64,000 bases of DNA from an uncultured bacterium (GTDB lineage Bacteria; Patescibacteriota; Microgenomatia; UBA1400; MFAQ01), in contig CAXBYW010000005.1 in NCBI GenBank assembly GCA_963980225.1, forward strand, positions 1,235-65,234. The letters run 5' to 3'. Below the pieces are notes generated by a model. It was not told where the DNA came from. It did no database searches and was given only the letters and a program-made list of their open reading frames with translations. Positions 39,934-49,097 of this stretch are shown in pieces (position 1 is the first letter of the stretch; every line of letters begins with the position of its first letter). A program made the position numbers and the translations under genes.

Positions 39934-40452
39934 ATGTCTAAAAACTACAAAAAATTAATCGAAAATGCCAAAGCTGAATTGCTGATAGCGAAAGACGCAG
40001 GCGTGCGGGAGCAAACATTGAATGCAATCAAAGATCGTATTAAGCACCTGAGACGAGAGTTCAAGCAAGAAAAGAGGAACAAGAACATCAAACATTTCGG
40101 AAGTTGGCCAGACGAGATTCTTATGCAGCGTTACGACGAAGTAACCAAATTCACAACTGAAAGGGAAAAAGACATTCGAGGTATTGGACTTTTTAACAGT
40201 GAGGATCGTGAGGAGGATATGAAAAAGTTCGAAGACTCGCTTCGTCTAGTTGAAATACTTGAGGATGAAGGTAGAAGAAGGAAGATGCTCTACTTTATGA
40301 CTGACAAAGAACGAGCAACAGTCATAAAAGATATTTTCGGAGTAGAACCAAAGAAGATGACTGACGAAGAAAAGAAGTTGCACGAGCAAGCGGAAAGGAA
40401 AGGAGCAACAGTCTACACAATTGAGGCTGGAAGGGTGTCTGTCCTCGCGTGA
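39934..40452 (+). CDS. hypothetical charged protein
   Basis: ORF. Start at ATG 39934 (MSKNYKK). Confidence 0.35.
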   Translation: MSKNYKKLIENAKAELLIAKDAGVREQTLNAIKDRIKHLRREFKQEKRNKNIKHFGSWPDEILMQRYDEVTKFTTEREKDIRGIGLFNSEDREEDMKKFEDSLRLVEILEDEGRRRKMLYFMTDKERATVIKDIFGVEPKKMTDEEKKLHEQAERKGATVYTIEAGRVSVLA

Positions 40453-40506
40453 GGCAGCCTTACCCTCCCTACCCACAAGCGTAGCTAGTAATTTAAACCT
40501 AAAACT

Positions 40507-40881
40507 ATGAAATGTGCTTATACGAAAACTAATGGAGGTAAGTGTGGAGCTAATTCTATGAAAGCTTCCGGGTATTGCTTTGCCCACAACCCAAAAACAA
40601 GGGAAAAGCACAGCTTGGCAGTTGCAAAAGGTGGAAAGCTGTCTAAAAAGACTAGGCTTGAGCTACCTCCGGTAAAGATAAAGAAACCAGAAGATGTGGT
40701 CGATCTTCTCGAAGAAACGATAAACGGAATACGCGACGGCTCAATTCCTCCAAACGTAGCAAACACAATCGCATATGTATGCTCACACGCACTTAAAGCA
40801 ATAGAGCTGTCCAAATACGCAAACAAACTAGAGAGTGTTGAGCGAATACTAATGGAGAGAAAAATAACTAAACAATCATGA
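40507..40881 (+). CDS. hypothetical protein with N-terminal Cys/His cluster (CxxxxxxxC...CxxH)
   Basis: MKCAYTKTNGGKCGANSMKASGYCFAHNP. Confidence 0.35.
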   Translation: MKCAYTKTNGGKCGANSMKASGYCFAHNPKTREKHSLAVAKGGKLSKKTRLELPPVKIKKPEDVVDLLEETINGIRDGSIPPNVANTIAYVCSHALKAIELSKYANKLESVERILMERKITKQS

Positions 40882-41306
40882 GTTACAACAAATTGACACG
40901 AAAACAGTTATTTTCTGGTGAAGTTAGCTACACACTAGATGATTTTGCAAAGGATTTCAGGAAAGAAGTAATAAATGTCTGGGGACGAAAAAGGCTTGAT
41001 ACAAAAAACGGACAATCAAACACCCTGTTCCAAGGATTGCTGCTGATAATAATATTTGCATCACAGGGCAAGTCCCTCTGGGAGATAAACGAAGTATTGC
41101 TTGGCAAGAACACGAAAGATTTGGAAGACAACCTTGGGTCAATTGTCAAAATGTACGAAAAGGAAATCAAAATCCTTGAAGGGCTACAAATGAATATGTT
41201 TTTGGAAAACTTGAAAAAATATCACCTGTCAGACTCCCTCAACCTACAACTTCTAAATACTAATTTTCGAGAGTGGTTCGTCAAAATAATGGAACCCCAG
41301 GACTAA
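40878..41306 (+). CDS. hypothetical protein
   Basis: ORF with ATGA overlap to the upstream gene. Confidence 0.35.
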   Translation: MSYNKLTRKQLFSGEVSYTLDDFAKDFRKEVINVWGRKRLDTKNGQSNTLFQGLLLIIIFASQGKSLWEINEVLLGKNTKDLEDNLGSIVKMYEKEIKILEGLQMNMFLENLKKYHLSDSLNLQLLNTNFREWFVKIMEPQD

Positions 41307-41308
41307 CT

Positions 41309-42208
41309 ATGAAAAACACACTAAACATCAAAACACTCGCGAGAGGCATGAGAGCAGAAGATAAAGCAAAATTGTTGTTTGCAGATAGAAACAAGCGGTC
41401 TGAAACATCAGGGAAAGAAGGATTACTTACTCCAGAGGAAGAGGATGCGCTTATCAAAGATGCGCAAGAACTGCATCAGATAAACGAACTTAACCGACTA
41501 AGTAGGCTTTACAACATCGCATCGTTGATCTTTCTGGATATACAGTCGGCCTGTTTGTATTTCAGGATTGCAGAAGGGAGGCTGGTCACAATACTTACAG
41601 GAATGATCTTGGTTGGTGAATCAAGTGACACATTAGGTCAAGCAATATACGACCAAGCATTACACGGATACACCGAAAAACAGCTAGAAGAAAAGAAGTA
41701 TCAAGATGAGATTGATTTGAAAGCTGCTAAGCTGCGAAAGAAATATGGTGGCAACGGATTATCCGCCGTATACGATTATTTCGAACCATCATTAAGAGGT
41801 GGCAGTTACTTCTCTGCAAAAAGGAAGGTCGAGGTTAGTCAGCCAAATAAGTTGCTTCAAAAGGCATTCATTCAAACAATTAAGGAAGTAAAGAGGTTTA
41901 ACAAACAAGTGTTTCAGTGGAATTATATCGAATCAAAAGCTGGGATAGACCTTTTGAGCGATAGAGAGAGAAAAATCATTTCTGGTTTCCAAAAAGATAT
42001 CAATGATTTTGTCAATTTAGGGGGGTATCTAGGATTTATACAAATTTATGTCGAATTTGAAGACAAAAAGATATTGAAATTTGAAAAACTAGAAGAACCG
42101 GAATTCACTTCTGTCATAAAAGACATGAAGAAGGCAACGGATTTGAGTAAAAAGACCAGAAACAGGGCCCGCGAAGAGGTCGAAAACATAATTCAAAGAA
42201 AACAGTAA
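41309..42208 (+). CDS. hypothetical protein (~300 aa)
   Basis: ORF. ATG 41309 abuts the previous stop. Confidence 0.4.
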   Translation: MKNTLNIKTLARGMRAEDKAKLLFADRNKRSETSGKEGLLTPEEEDALIKDAQELHQINELNRLSRLYNIASLIFLDIQSACLYFRIAEGRLVTILTGMILVGESSDTLGQAIYDQALHGYTEKQLEEKKYQDEIDLKAAKLRKKYGGNGLSAVYDYFEPSLRGGSYFSAKRKVEVSQPNKLLQKAFIQTIKEVKRFNKQVFQWNYIESKAGIDLLSDRERKIISGFQKDINDFVNLGGYLGFIQIYVEFEDKKILKFEKLEEPEFTSVIKDMKKATDLSKKTRNRAREEVENIIQRKQ

Positions 42209-42209
42209 T

Positions 42210-42455
42210 ATGGCTACAAAAAAGGAAAATATTGATAAATACATAGATGCAATGATCGATATCATTATTGACTCATACATAGCCAAAAAGCGTAGAAAAC
42301 GAGATAGGAAATGTGCTAAACTGGATATGAGCTCAAATTTTGCCGAAGGGAATTTTGATGGCCGTCTTGGACAAATCCCTTCGGATTTGAGCTCACCAGG
42401 GCGGCCTTTAAAGTTGTATGGAAAAGAAAAAAGCAATACTGTATCTGAGGTTTAG
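42210..42455 (+). CDS. small basic protein upstream of the recombinase (candidate regulator/RDF)
   Basis: 81 aa with KKRRKRDRK. Overlaps the recombinase start. Confidence 0.25.
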   Translation: MATKKENIDKYIDAMIDIIIDSYIAKKRRKRDRKCAKLDMSSNFAEGNFDGRLGQIPSDLSSPGRPLKLYGKEKSNTVSEV

Positions 42456-44007
42456 TGACACTAAGCAATATGGCAATACAAGCATTGACTCGCAAGAAAA
42501 GATTTGCAGAAATGCCTGTGAAGTCGAGAGTTATAGTGTTGTTAAGATAATTAAAAATGAGGCGGTTTCCGCAAGCAAGACCAATACTCAAAGAGTAGCT
42601 GAACTTCTGGAGTTTTGTAAAGAGCGAAAAGGTAAATTTGATGTCCTCATGGTCTATAAATTGGATCGGTTCGCCAGATCGCAAGAACAACATCACTGGT
42701 TACGAGGACAAATTCTCAAACTTGGCGTAATACTTCGATCAGCAACAGAAAAAATCGACGAAAGTCCCTCCGGTAGATTGGTTGAGGGAGTACTTGCTGC
42801 AGTAAACGAATATGACAATGAGGTAAAAAGAGAAAGAGTGAAGATTGCAATGTGGTCTAGGGTAGAACATGGTCTTTATCCCTGGTCACCACCGACTGGA
42901 TATATACCCAAGGTGGTTCCTGGAGTGAAATTGTCACCCAGGATTATTGATAATACTTGCTGCAATGAGATTGTGAGCCTTTTTGAGCGATACTCGACAG
43001 GTCTTTACACAAAAGCCGATCTGGCTAAAGAATATAGCAAGAAAGAGATAAAGAATTACAAGGGTAAAACCCTGAAATTTTCGATTCAAACATTAGATAA
43101 TATTCTTAACAACATCTTTTATACAGGATATCTTAAATACAAAGATGGAAGACTGATTGTGGGTAAACACAAACCATTAATATCCTACGCAATGTTTGAA
43201 AAATGCCAGGAAGTACAAGCACAGCTATCAAACAACGCTAATCACAAGTATCTGAGACACAATCCTGACTTTCCACTTCGAAGATTTGTGTTGTGTGGTG
43301 ATTGCAACGGTCCACTTACTGCCTGTTGGTCAAAATCAGGAAGTGGTAAAAAGCACGCTTACTACTATTGTAAAAGTAAAGATTGTGAGATGTATTCGAA
43401 GATGATAAAGAAAGCTGATCTTGAAAACGGATTTATGGAGTATCTATCAAAAGTAAAACCCACCAAGAAGTTTGTGAAACGGTTCAATCAAAGATTTCTA
43501 AAAAGGTATAAAGAACGGGAACTGGAAATACGAGGTGATTTCTTGCGTAAAGCCGACAACATAAAGGAAATGGAGAAGGAATTAGGTTGGATAGTCAAGC
43601 AAGGTAGAAAGGGAAAGTTGCCAGAGAGAGTTGTAACAAAGCAAGTTGAAGAACTGGATCAGAAAATAATTCTTGCAAAATCACAGCTTTCAGAAGAACA
43701 CGCTGAGGAGCTGAATATCAAAGGATTGCTGTCTTATGCAGAAACATTTATTCGAACGCTAGAAAAAAACTGGTTTGACGCACAAAATGAAGTAAGAATC
43801 AGACTTCAAAGGGTAATTTTCCCCGATGGTGTCGTTTACCAAAATAATCAATTTTCGAACGCCAAATTATGCCGTGCTTTTGAGATAATCAACGACTTTG
43901 CGACCAACTACTCAAAAGATGTGACCCCGGCGGGATTTGAACCCGCGATCTCCAGGATGAGAACCTGGTGTCCTAAACCGCTAGACGACGGGGCCGTTTG
44001 TGGCTGA
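42418..44007 (+). CDS. large serine recombinase (integrase)
   Basis: Resolvase catalytic motif ILYLRFSDTKQ (Y-R-x-S-x-x-x-Q). Recombinase domain and zinc ribbon CGDCNGPL...YYYCKSKDC. C-terminal 25 codons are the reverse complement of the tRNA-Glu 3' half. Confidence 0.8.
   Translation: MEKKKAILYLRFSDTKQYGNTSIDSQEKICRNACEVESYSVVKIIKNEAVSASKTNTQRVAELLEFCKERKGKFDVLMVYKLDRFARSQEQHHWLRGQILKLGVILRSATEKIDESPSGRLVEGVLAAVNEYDNEVKRERVKIAMWSRVEHGLYPWSPPTGYIPKVVPGVKLSPRIIDNTCCNEIVSLFERYSTGLYTKADLAKEYSKKEIKNYKGKTLKFSIQTLDNILNNIFYTGYLKYKDGRLIVGKHKPLISYAMFEKCQEVQAQLSNNANHKYLRHNPDFPLRRFVLCGDCNGPLTACWSKSGSGKKHAYYYCKSKDCEMYSKMIKKADLENGFMEYLSKVKPTKKFVKRFNQRFLKRYKERELEIRGDFLRKADNIKEMEKELGWIVKQGRKGKLPERVVTKQVEELDQKIILAKSQLSEEHAEELNIKGLLSYAETFIRTLEKNWFDAQNEVRIRLQRVIFPDGVVYQNNQFSNAKLCRAFEIINDFATNYSKDVTPAGFEPAISRMRTWCPKPLDDGAVCG
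43922..43995 (-). tRNA. tRNA-Glu (anticodon CTC)
   Basis: Manual cloverleaf: acceptor GGCCCCG/CGGGGTC (one GU), D-stem GTCT/GGAC, anticodon stem CCAGG/CCTGG, loop UUCUCAU, T-arm GCGGG-TTCAAAT-CCCGC, discriminator A. Confidence 0.7.
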
Positions 44008-44045
44008 GCTAGGCTCGCTTGAGGCTAATTTTACCCTGAAAAGTA

Positions 44046-44074
44046 TTGACAATCAACCCAAACTGACATAGAAT
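44046..44074 (+). promoter_or_regulatory. sigma70-like promoter TTGACA-17-TAGAAT upstream of greA
   Basis: Hexamers at 44046-44051 and 44069-44074. Confidence 0.4.
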
Positions 44075-44190
44075 ATCACTTTACGGTAAGAAATCTGCCC
44101 GATTTTTTAAGATTAAGATAAACAAGGAAAGCGTGCCCCTTAAGAACAAAACCTTAGGGAAGCCCACTTTTGCTAAAAGAAAACAATAAT

Positions 44191-44661
44191 ATGACCATAA
44201 ACAGTAATAAAGTCCAATTAACCTCTGAAGGTTACAACGAACTAGTAAAAGAGCTCAAGAACCTAAGGGAGGTAATGCTGCCTAAGGCAATCAGTCGTAT
44301 TGCTTCTGCTAGATCATTAGGTGACCTATCAGAAAACTACGAATATCAATCTGCTAAAGAGGATCACTTAACTCTAATTAGCAGAATAGAAGAGCTGACA
44401 GACACCATAAAACGTAGTGAAGTAATCAAAAAAAATACTAACAATGATGCTGTTAATATTGGTCATGAGGTAGAGGTTACTATCAACAGCTCTGATCACG
44501 TATTTACCATAGTAGGAGAATGGGAGGCAGATCCTAAAATCAAGAAAATCAGTCACAAATCACCATTAGGAACAGCTCTCATAGGTAAAGCAGTCGGCGA
44601 CAAGGTAGAAGTAGAAGCCCCAGCTGGCATGGTCATCTACACCATCAAGACCATTAAATAA
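44191..44661 (+). CDS. greA: transcription elongation factor GreA
   Basis: GDLSENYEYQSAKE motif, 156 aa from ATG 44191. Confidence 0.85.
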   Translation: MTINSNKVQLTSEGYNELVKELKNLREVMLPKAISRIASARSLGDLSENYEYQSAKEDHLTLISRIEELTDTIKRSEVIKKNTNNDAVNIGHEVEVTINSSDHVFTIVGEWEADPKIKKISHKSPLGTALIGKAVGDKVEVEAPAGMVIYTIKTIK

Positions 44662-44705
44662 CGAATTTTCTTTCTTAACTTAGTAATTTAGGCTACAATG
44701 TCCTC

Positions 44706-46157
44706 ATGGGTAGGCTACAAGCAACTAAAGACCAAAGAATAGAAAAAATAAAGAATTTAAGAAAATTGGGTTCGGATCCTTTTGCATCTAGTTTCAACAA
44801 AAAACAAACAATTAAAGAAAGTCGTGAGCTACTAGAAAAAGATACTCAGACTGCCGGTAGAGTCATGGCTGTTCGTGGTCATGGAGCTTTAGTGTTTATG
44901 GATCTGGTGGATGAAACTGGAAAAATTCAACTACTTTTAAAACAAGAAAATCTAAGCGACAAAGAAAACAAAGTAATCGCCCTTTCAGATATCGGAGACT
45001 TTATTGGTGTCTCAGGAAAAGTAATAACCAGTAAAAGTGACGAGATAAGTATAGAAGTAGCAAGTTTCACTCTTTTAACTAAGTCAATTAGGCCCTTACC
45101 AAGTCAGTGGCATGGACTAAAAGACGTTGAGGAGCGCTACCGCCAACGTTATCTAGATCTACTTCTTGATGACGACCTAAAAGAAGTATTTAGACGCAAA
45201 GCCATTTTTTGGCAATCATTCCGTCAATTTCTCTTGGATAAAGGTTTCCTGGAGGTAGAGACTCCAGTCTTGGAAAACACCGCTGGTGGTGCCGATGCTA
45301 ATCCTTTTGTCACCCATCATGATGCCTTAGACGTAGATCTTTATTTACGTATCTCCATAGGGGAACTCTGGCAAAAACGATTGATGGTCGGAGGTTTTGA
45401 AAGGACGTTTGAGATTGGTAGACAGTTTAGAAATGAAGGCATCAGTCATGAACATCTCCAAGACTATACCCAAATGGAATTTTACTGGGCCTATGCCAAC
45501 TATCAAGACTCAATGAAACTAACAGAAGAGATGTACAAGTACGTAGCCAAAAAAACCTTCAACACTTTAAAGTTTGACATTAATGACCACAAAGTAGATT
45601 TAAGTGGAAACTGGGGAGAAATAGACTATGCTACCACTGTCTTAGAAAAAACAGGAGTTGATATTACTAAGGCAACTACAAACCAGCTCAAAGACAAGCT
45701 TAAAGAGCTTAAAATTAGGTATGACACGAATAGCAACAAGGGTCGTCTAATAGATTATCTGTGGAAGAGTATAAGAAAAGATATAACTGGTCCAGTTTTC
45801 CTTACCGGTCATCCAGTAGAGGTGTCTCCATTAGCCAAGAGGAAACCAGAAAACCCTGACTTTGTTGAGCGTTTCCAAATAATCATTGCTGGTAGTGAAG
45901 TGGGTAATGGTTACTCCGAGCTAAACGACCCACTAGATCAAGAAGCTCGATTCAAAGAGCAAGAAAAAGCCCGTGAAGCCGGTGACCCAGAAGCTCAGAT
46001 GCACGACAAAGATTTTGTTAGAGCCCTTGAATACGGTATGCCACCAGTAAGTGGTTTTGGAGTCAGCGAAAGACTATTCTCATTTTTAGCCAACAAATCC
46101 ATTCGAGAAACAGTATTTTTTCCTCTACTTAGACCAGAAGTTAAAAATAAAAAATAA
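44706..46157 (+). CDS. lysS: lysyl-tRNA synthetase (class II)
   Basis: OB-fold N-domain, class II motifs, PVSGFGVSERLFSF. Confidence 0.9.
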   Translation: MGRLQATKDQRIEKIKNLRKLGSDPFASSFNKKQTIKESRELLEKDTQTAGRVMAVRGHGALVFMDLVDETGKIQLLLKQENLSDKENKVIALSDIGDFIGVSGKVITSKSDEISIEVASFTLLTKSIRPLPSQWHGLKDVEERYRQRYLDLLLDDDLKEVFRRKAIFWQSFRQFLLDKGFLEVETPVLENTAGGADANPFVTHHDALDVDLYLRISIGELWQKRLMVGGFERTFEIGRQFRNEGISHEHLQDYTQMEFYWAYANYQDSMKLTEEMYKYVAKKTFNTLKFDINDHKVDLSGNWGEIDYATTVLEKTGVDITKATTNQLKDKLKELKIRYDTNSNKGRLIDYLWKSIRKDITGPVFLTGHPVEVSPLAKRKPENPDFVERFQIIIAGSEVGNGYSELNDPLDQEARFKEQEKAREAGDPEAQMHDKDFVRALEYGMPPVSGFGVSERLFSFLANKSIRETVFFPLLRPEVKNKK

Positions 46158-46158
46158 A

Positions 46159-47451
46159 ATGCTTGACATCAATTTTATAAAAGACAATCAAAAAATAGTA
46201 GAAAAAGCCTGTACTAACAAAGGATTAAACCCTAATGTGGTAACTAACCTGCTGGAGATAGACGTAAAGCGTCGTGAGCTCATGGGTGCTGTTCAGGGTC
46301 TACGTGCCAAAAGAAATACCCTAAACGAGTCTTTAAAAAAAGAAAGAACTGATGATTTACTCTCACAAGCAGCCGAACAAAAAAAGGACCTACAAAACAT
46401 AGAGCCCCAACTCAGGCAAGTCGAAGCTGAGTTTGGGGCACTTATGTTACAAATTCCCAACGTTCCTTTAGAAGATGTGCCGGTTGGTAAGGACGAATCT
46501 GGCAACAAAAAATTAAAAGACTGGGGTAAGAAACCAAAGTTTGATTTTGAACCAAAAGATCACATAGAACTTGGCACAAGTCTTGATATCTTAGATCTAG
46601 ACAGAGGTTCGAAGGTGGCTGGTTTCAGAGGCTACTATCTTAAAAATGACGGTGTCTTAATGCAAAATGCTCTTATGCAGTTTTCCTTAAAAAAATTCAT
46701 TGAAAAAGGTTTCACTCCAGTGATTCCTCCAGTAATTAATCGTCGTTCAGCTTTTGTTAATTCCGGTCACTTTCCTTGGGGTGAGTCTGAAGCATATAAG
46801 CTAGCTGAAGACGAAACCGATCCAGAAAACGACTATTTTTTAGCCGGCACAGCAGAAGTTCCCTTGGTTTCCATGTATGCTGGTGAAACCTTAAAAGAAA
46901 AAGATCTCCCTATAAAAATGGTAGGTTATTCACCCTGTTACAGGAGAGAAATAGGTAGTTATGGTAAAGATACTAAAGGTTTCTATAGAGTCCATGAGTT
47001 TACTAAGATAGAACAAGTAGTTCTTTGTAAAAATGATCTAGAAGTATCCAAAAAGTGGCATGAAAAAATGCTAGAGTTCTCAGAGGAGATTCTTCAAGAG
47101 TTAGGTCTTCATTATCAGGTCTTACTTATGTGTACCGGTGATATGGGAGAACCCCAGGCAAAAAAATATGACCTAGAAGCCTGGATGCCTGGAAGAGATG
47201 ATTATGGAGAAACTGGTTCAGACTCTATAATGACCGACTTCCAGTCTCGTCGAGCCAACATAAAGTATGTGGCCAGTAATGGCGAAACCAAGTTCGTCCA
47301 CATGCTAAATAACACAGCCTTACCTTCCGTTAGGGTGCTCATAGCTATTTGGGAAACATATCAGCAGAAAGACGGTTCAATCAAAATCCCTCCTGTTTTA
47401 GTGCCTTACATGGGTAAAGAAGTAATCACCAGTGAAAAAAAAGATAAGTAA
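46159..47451 (+). CDS. serS: seryl-tRNA synthetase
   Basis: Coiled-coil N-arm, class II core (GYSPCYRREIGSYGKDTKGFYRVHEFTK). Confidence 0.9.
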   Translation: MLDINFIKDNQKIVEKACTNKGLNPNVVTNLLEIDVKRRELMGAVQGLRAKRNTLNESLKKERTDDLLSQAAEQKKDLQNIEPQLRQVEAEFGALMLQIPNVPLEDVPVGKDESGNKKLKDWGKKPKFDFEPKDHIELGTSLDILDLDRGSKVAGFRGYYLKNDGVLMQNALMQFSLKKFIEKGFTPVIPPVINRRSAFVNSGHFPWGESEAYKLAEDETDPENDYFLAGTAEVPLVSMYAGETLKEKDLPIKMVGYSPCYRREIGSYGKDTKGFYRVHEFTKIEQVVLCKNDLEVSKKWHEKMLEFSEEILQELGLHYQVLLMCTGDMGEPQAKKYDLEAWMPGRDDYGETGSDSIMTDFQSRRANIKYVASNGETKFVHMLNNTALPSVRVLIAIWETYQQKDGSIKIPPVLVPYMGKEVITSEKKDK

Positions 47452-48472
47452 AGTTTTTCCTTTATTTCTGTTTGTTGCCAGTTTAGTTGGTGTACTTTAT
47501 CTTTTATTTTTTCTTTTTTCGCCAGACTTAATTTCTCCAAAAAGTTCTCACTCACTTGATCTCACCTCAAGAGTTCAGCAGAAAATTTCCAAGATCCAGA
47601 CTCTAAATGACTCCGACGCAGAAATCTTACAAGGTTTGGACAATATCCCTCGCTATCTTGCCTACAACCAAGAAACAAATTTGGTCTACTCAGGTAAAAA
47701 CCAAAAAGATTCATTCTCTCCCGCATCATTTACCAAACTACTTACCACCCAGGTTGCCTTAGATCTGGTTGCTCCAGAACAATATCTAACGGCTAGTGTA
47801 AAAAGCGTCGACAAAGTCCCCACCATACTAGGAATGTCACCAGGAGAACAATTACAAGTAACAGATCTAGTAAGAGCTTCTATTGCTACTTCTGCAAATG
47901 ATGCTGCTGAAACTCTAGCTCGAGGCATATCCTCACTTTATGGTATGTCTTCCGATGAATTCATTAACTTAATGAATAAGAAATCCCAAAGTTTAGGTAT
48001 GATAAATAGCCGATTCGCCAATCCAGATGGCCTAGATGATCAAAATCAGTACTCAACTTTAGAAGATATCACAAAACTTATCCACAATGCACAACAAAAT
48101 TACCCAGAAATACTAAAGAGTGCCGCTTCAGATAACCAAGATATAGAAAAGACCGAGGTTCACAAGCACTACTATCTACCAAATTGGAATGGTTTACTTG
48201 ATGTTTATCCGGGTGTAACTGGCCTAAAAATTGCCTACACAGAAGAAGCTGGTTACTCTACTATCGTCACTGCCACAAGGGAAGATACCAGTATTGTAGT
48301 CATTGTTTCTGGCGCAGAGTCTTTTATCGAAAGAGACCTGGCCGCTGTCGCACTATTAGATCATGCCTTTACCAAGGAAAATATAGTCCCTGCCAAAACT
48401 ACCAGCTCTCAAATCAAAAAACGCTACCAGCAATGGGCAGATCTGGCTACTAAAATAAAAAACGAAAACTAA
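47432..48472 (+). CDS. peptidase S11 / D-Ala-D-Ala carboxypeptidase-like protein
   Basis: SxxK (ASFTK), SxN (SAND). N-terminal TM. Confidence 0.55.
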   Translation: MKKKISKVFPLFLFVASLVGVLYLLFFLFSPDLISPKSSHSLDLTSRVQQKISKIQTLNDSDAEILQGLDNIPRYLAYNQETNLVYSGKNQKDSFSPASFTKLLTTQVALDLVAPEQYLTASVKSVDKVPTILGMSPGEQLQVTDLVRASIATSANDAAETLARGISSLYGMSSDEFINLMNKKSQSLGMINSRFANPDGLDDQNQYSTLEDITKLIHNAQQNYPEILKSAASDNQDIEKTEVHKHYYLPNWNGLLDVYPGVTGLKIAYTEEAGYSTIVTATREDTSIVVIVSGAESFIERDLAAVALLDHAFTKENIVPAKTTSSQIKKRYQQWADLATKIKNEN

Positions 48473-48473
48473 C

Positions 48474-49097
48474 ATGTCCGTAAAATCATATTTTAATCCA
48501 GAAGTAATTAAGACCTTTAAATCCAAATTCAATACTAATATTCAGTTAGTTAATTTCTCCGGTCAATTGAGACTAGATATGGGAAATCTAACTCAATCAG
48601 GTCAGGTAATAGAAAAGATCTGGAGTAAGGCGTTTAAAAATCTTATAAATTCATCTTTTAAACCAAAAAGAGTTTTGATTTTAGGTTTCGGTGCAGGCTC
48701 TGTTGCCAAGGTAATAAGAAAAAAATGGTCGAAGGTTAAGATAACCGGGGTGGAAATAGATCCTATGGTCATAAAAATAGCCAAAGAATACTTTAAAGTA
48801 GACGAGATTCCTAATTTACAAATAATAAATAAGGACGCCGAAGTCTTTATTAAAGAAACAAAAAAGAAGTTTGACTTGGTCTTGGTGGATTGTTATCAAG
48901 GCTACAAAATCCCCCAGATTTTTGAAAACAAAAAATTCTTAACCTCCTTAAAAAAAATAAGTGAGGTTGTTTTAATCAATCGCCTATTTTGGGACAATCA
49001 CAAACAAAAAACCATCAAGTTTTTGGGGGAGTTAAACAAATCCTTTACTACCTCTACCTGTCGAACTCCATCTAATCTAGTTATCTCAATTTCTTAA
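48474..49097 (+). CDS. spermidine-synthase-like methyltransferase fold protein
   Basis: VLILGFGAGSVAKVI... ITGVEIDPMVIKIAKEYF... VLVDCY. Confidence 0.5.
   Translation: MSVKSYFNPEVIKTFKSKFNTNIQLVNFSGQLRLDMGNLTQSGQVIEKIWSKAFKNLINSSFKPKRVLILGFGAGSVAKVIRKKWSKVKITGVEIDPMVIKIAKEYFKVDEIPNLQIINKDAEVFIKETKKKFDLVLVDCYQGYKIPQIFENKKFLTSLKKISEVVLINRLFWDNHKQKTIKFLGELNKSFTTSTCRTPSNLVISIS

Larger units (their letters stand above)
33950..44007. mobile_element. putative integrated element (integrative plasmid/prophage-like) inserted at the 3' end of tRNA-Glu; left boundary uncertain
   Basis: Block of unknown ORFs plus NUDIX, P-loop kinase, Toprim/P-loop primase-helicase and a terminal large serine recombinase whose ORF overlaps the tRNA-Glu 3' half. 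Flanked by core genes (RRM protein; greA). Confidence 0.5.
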
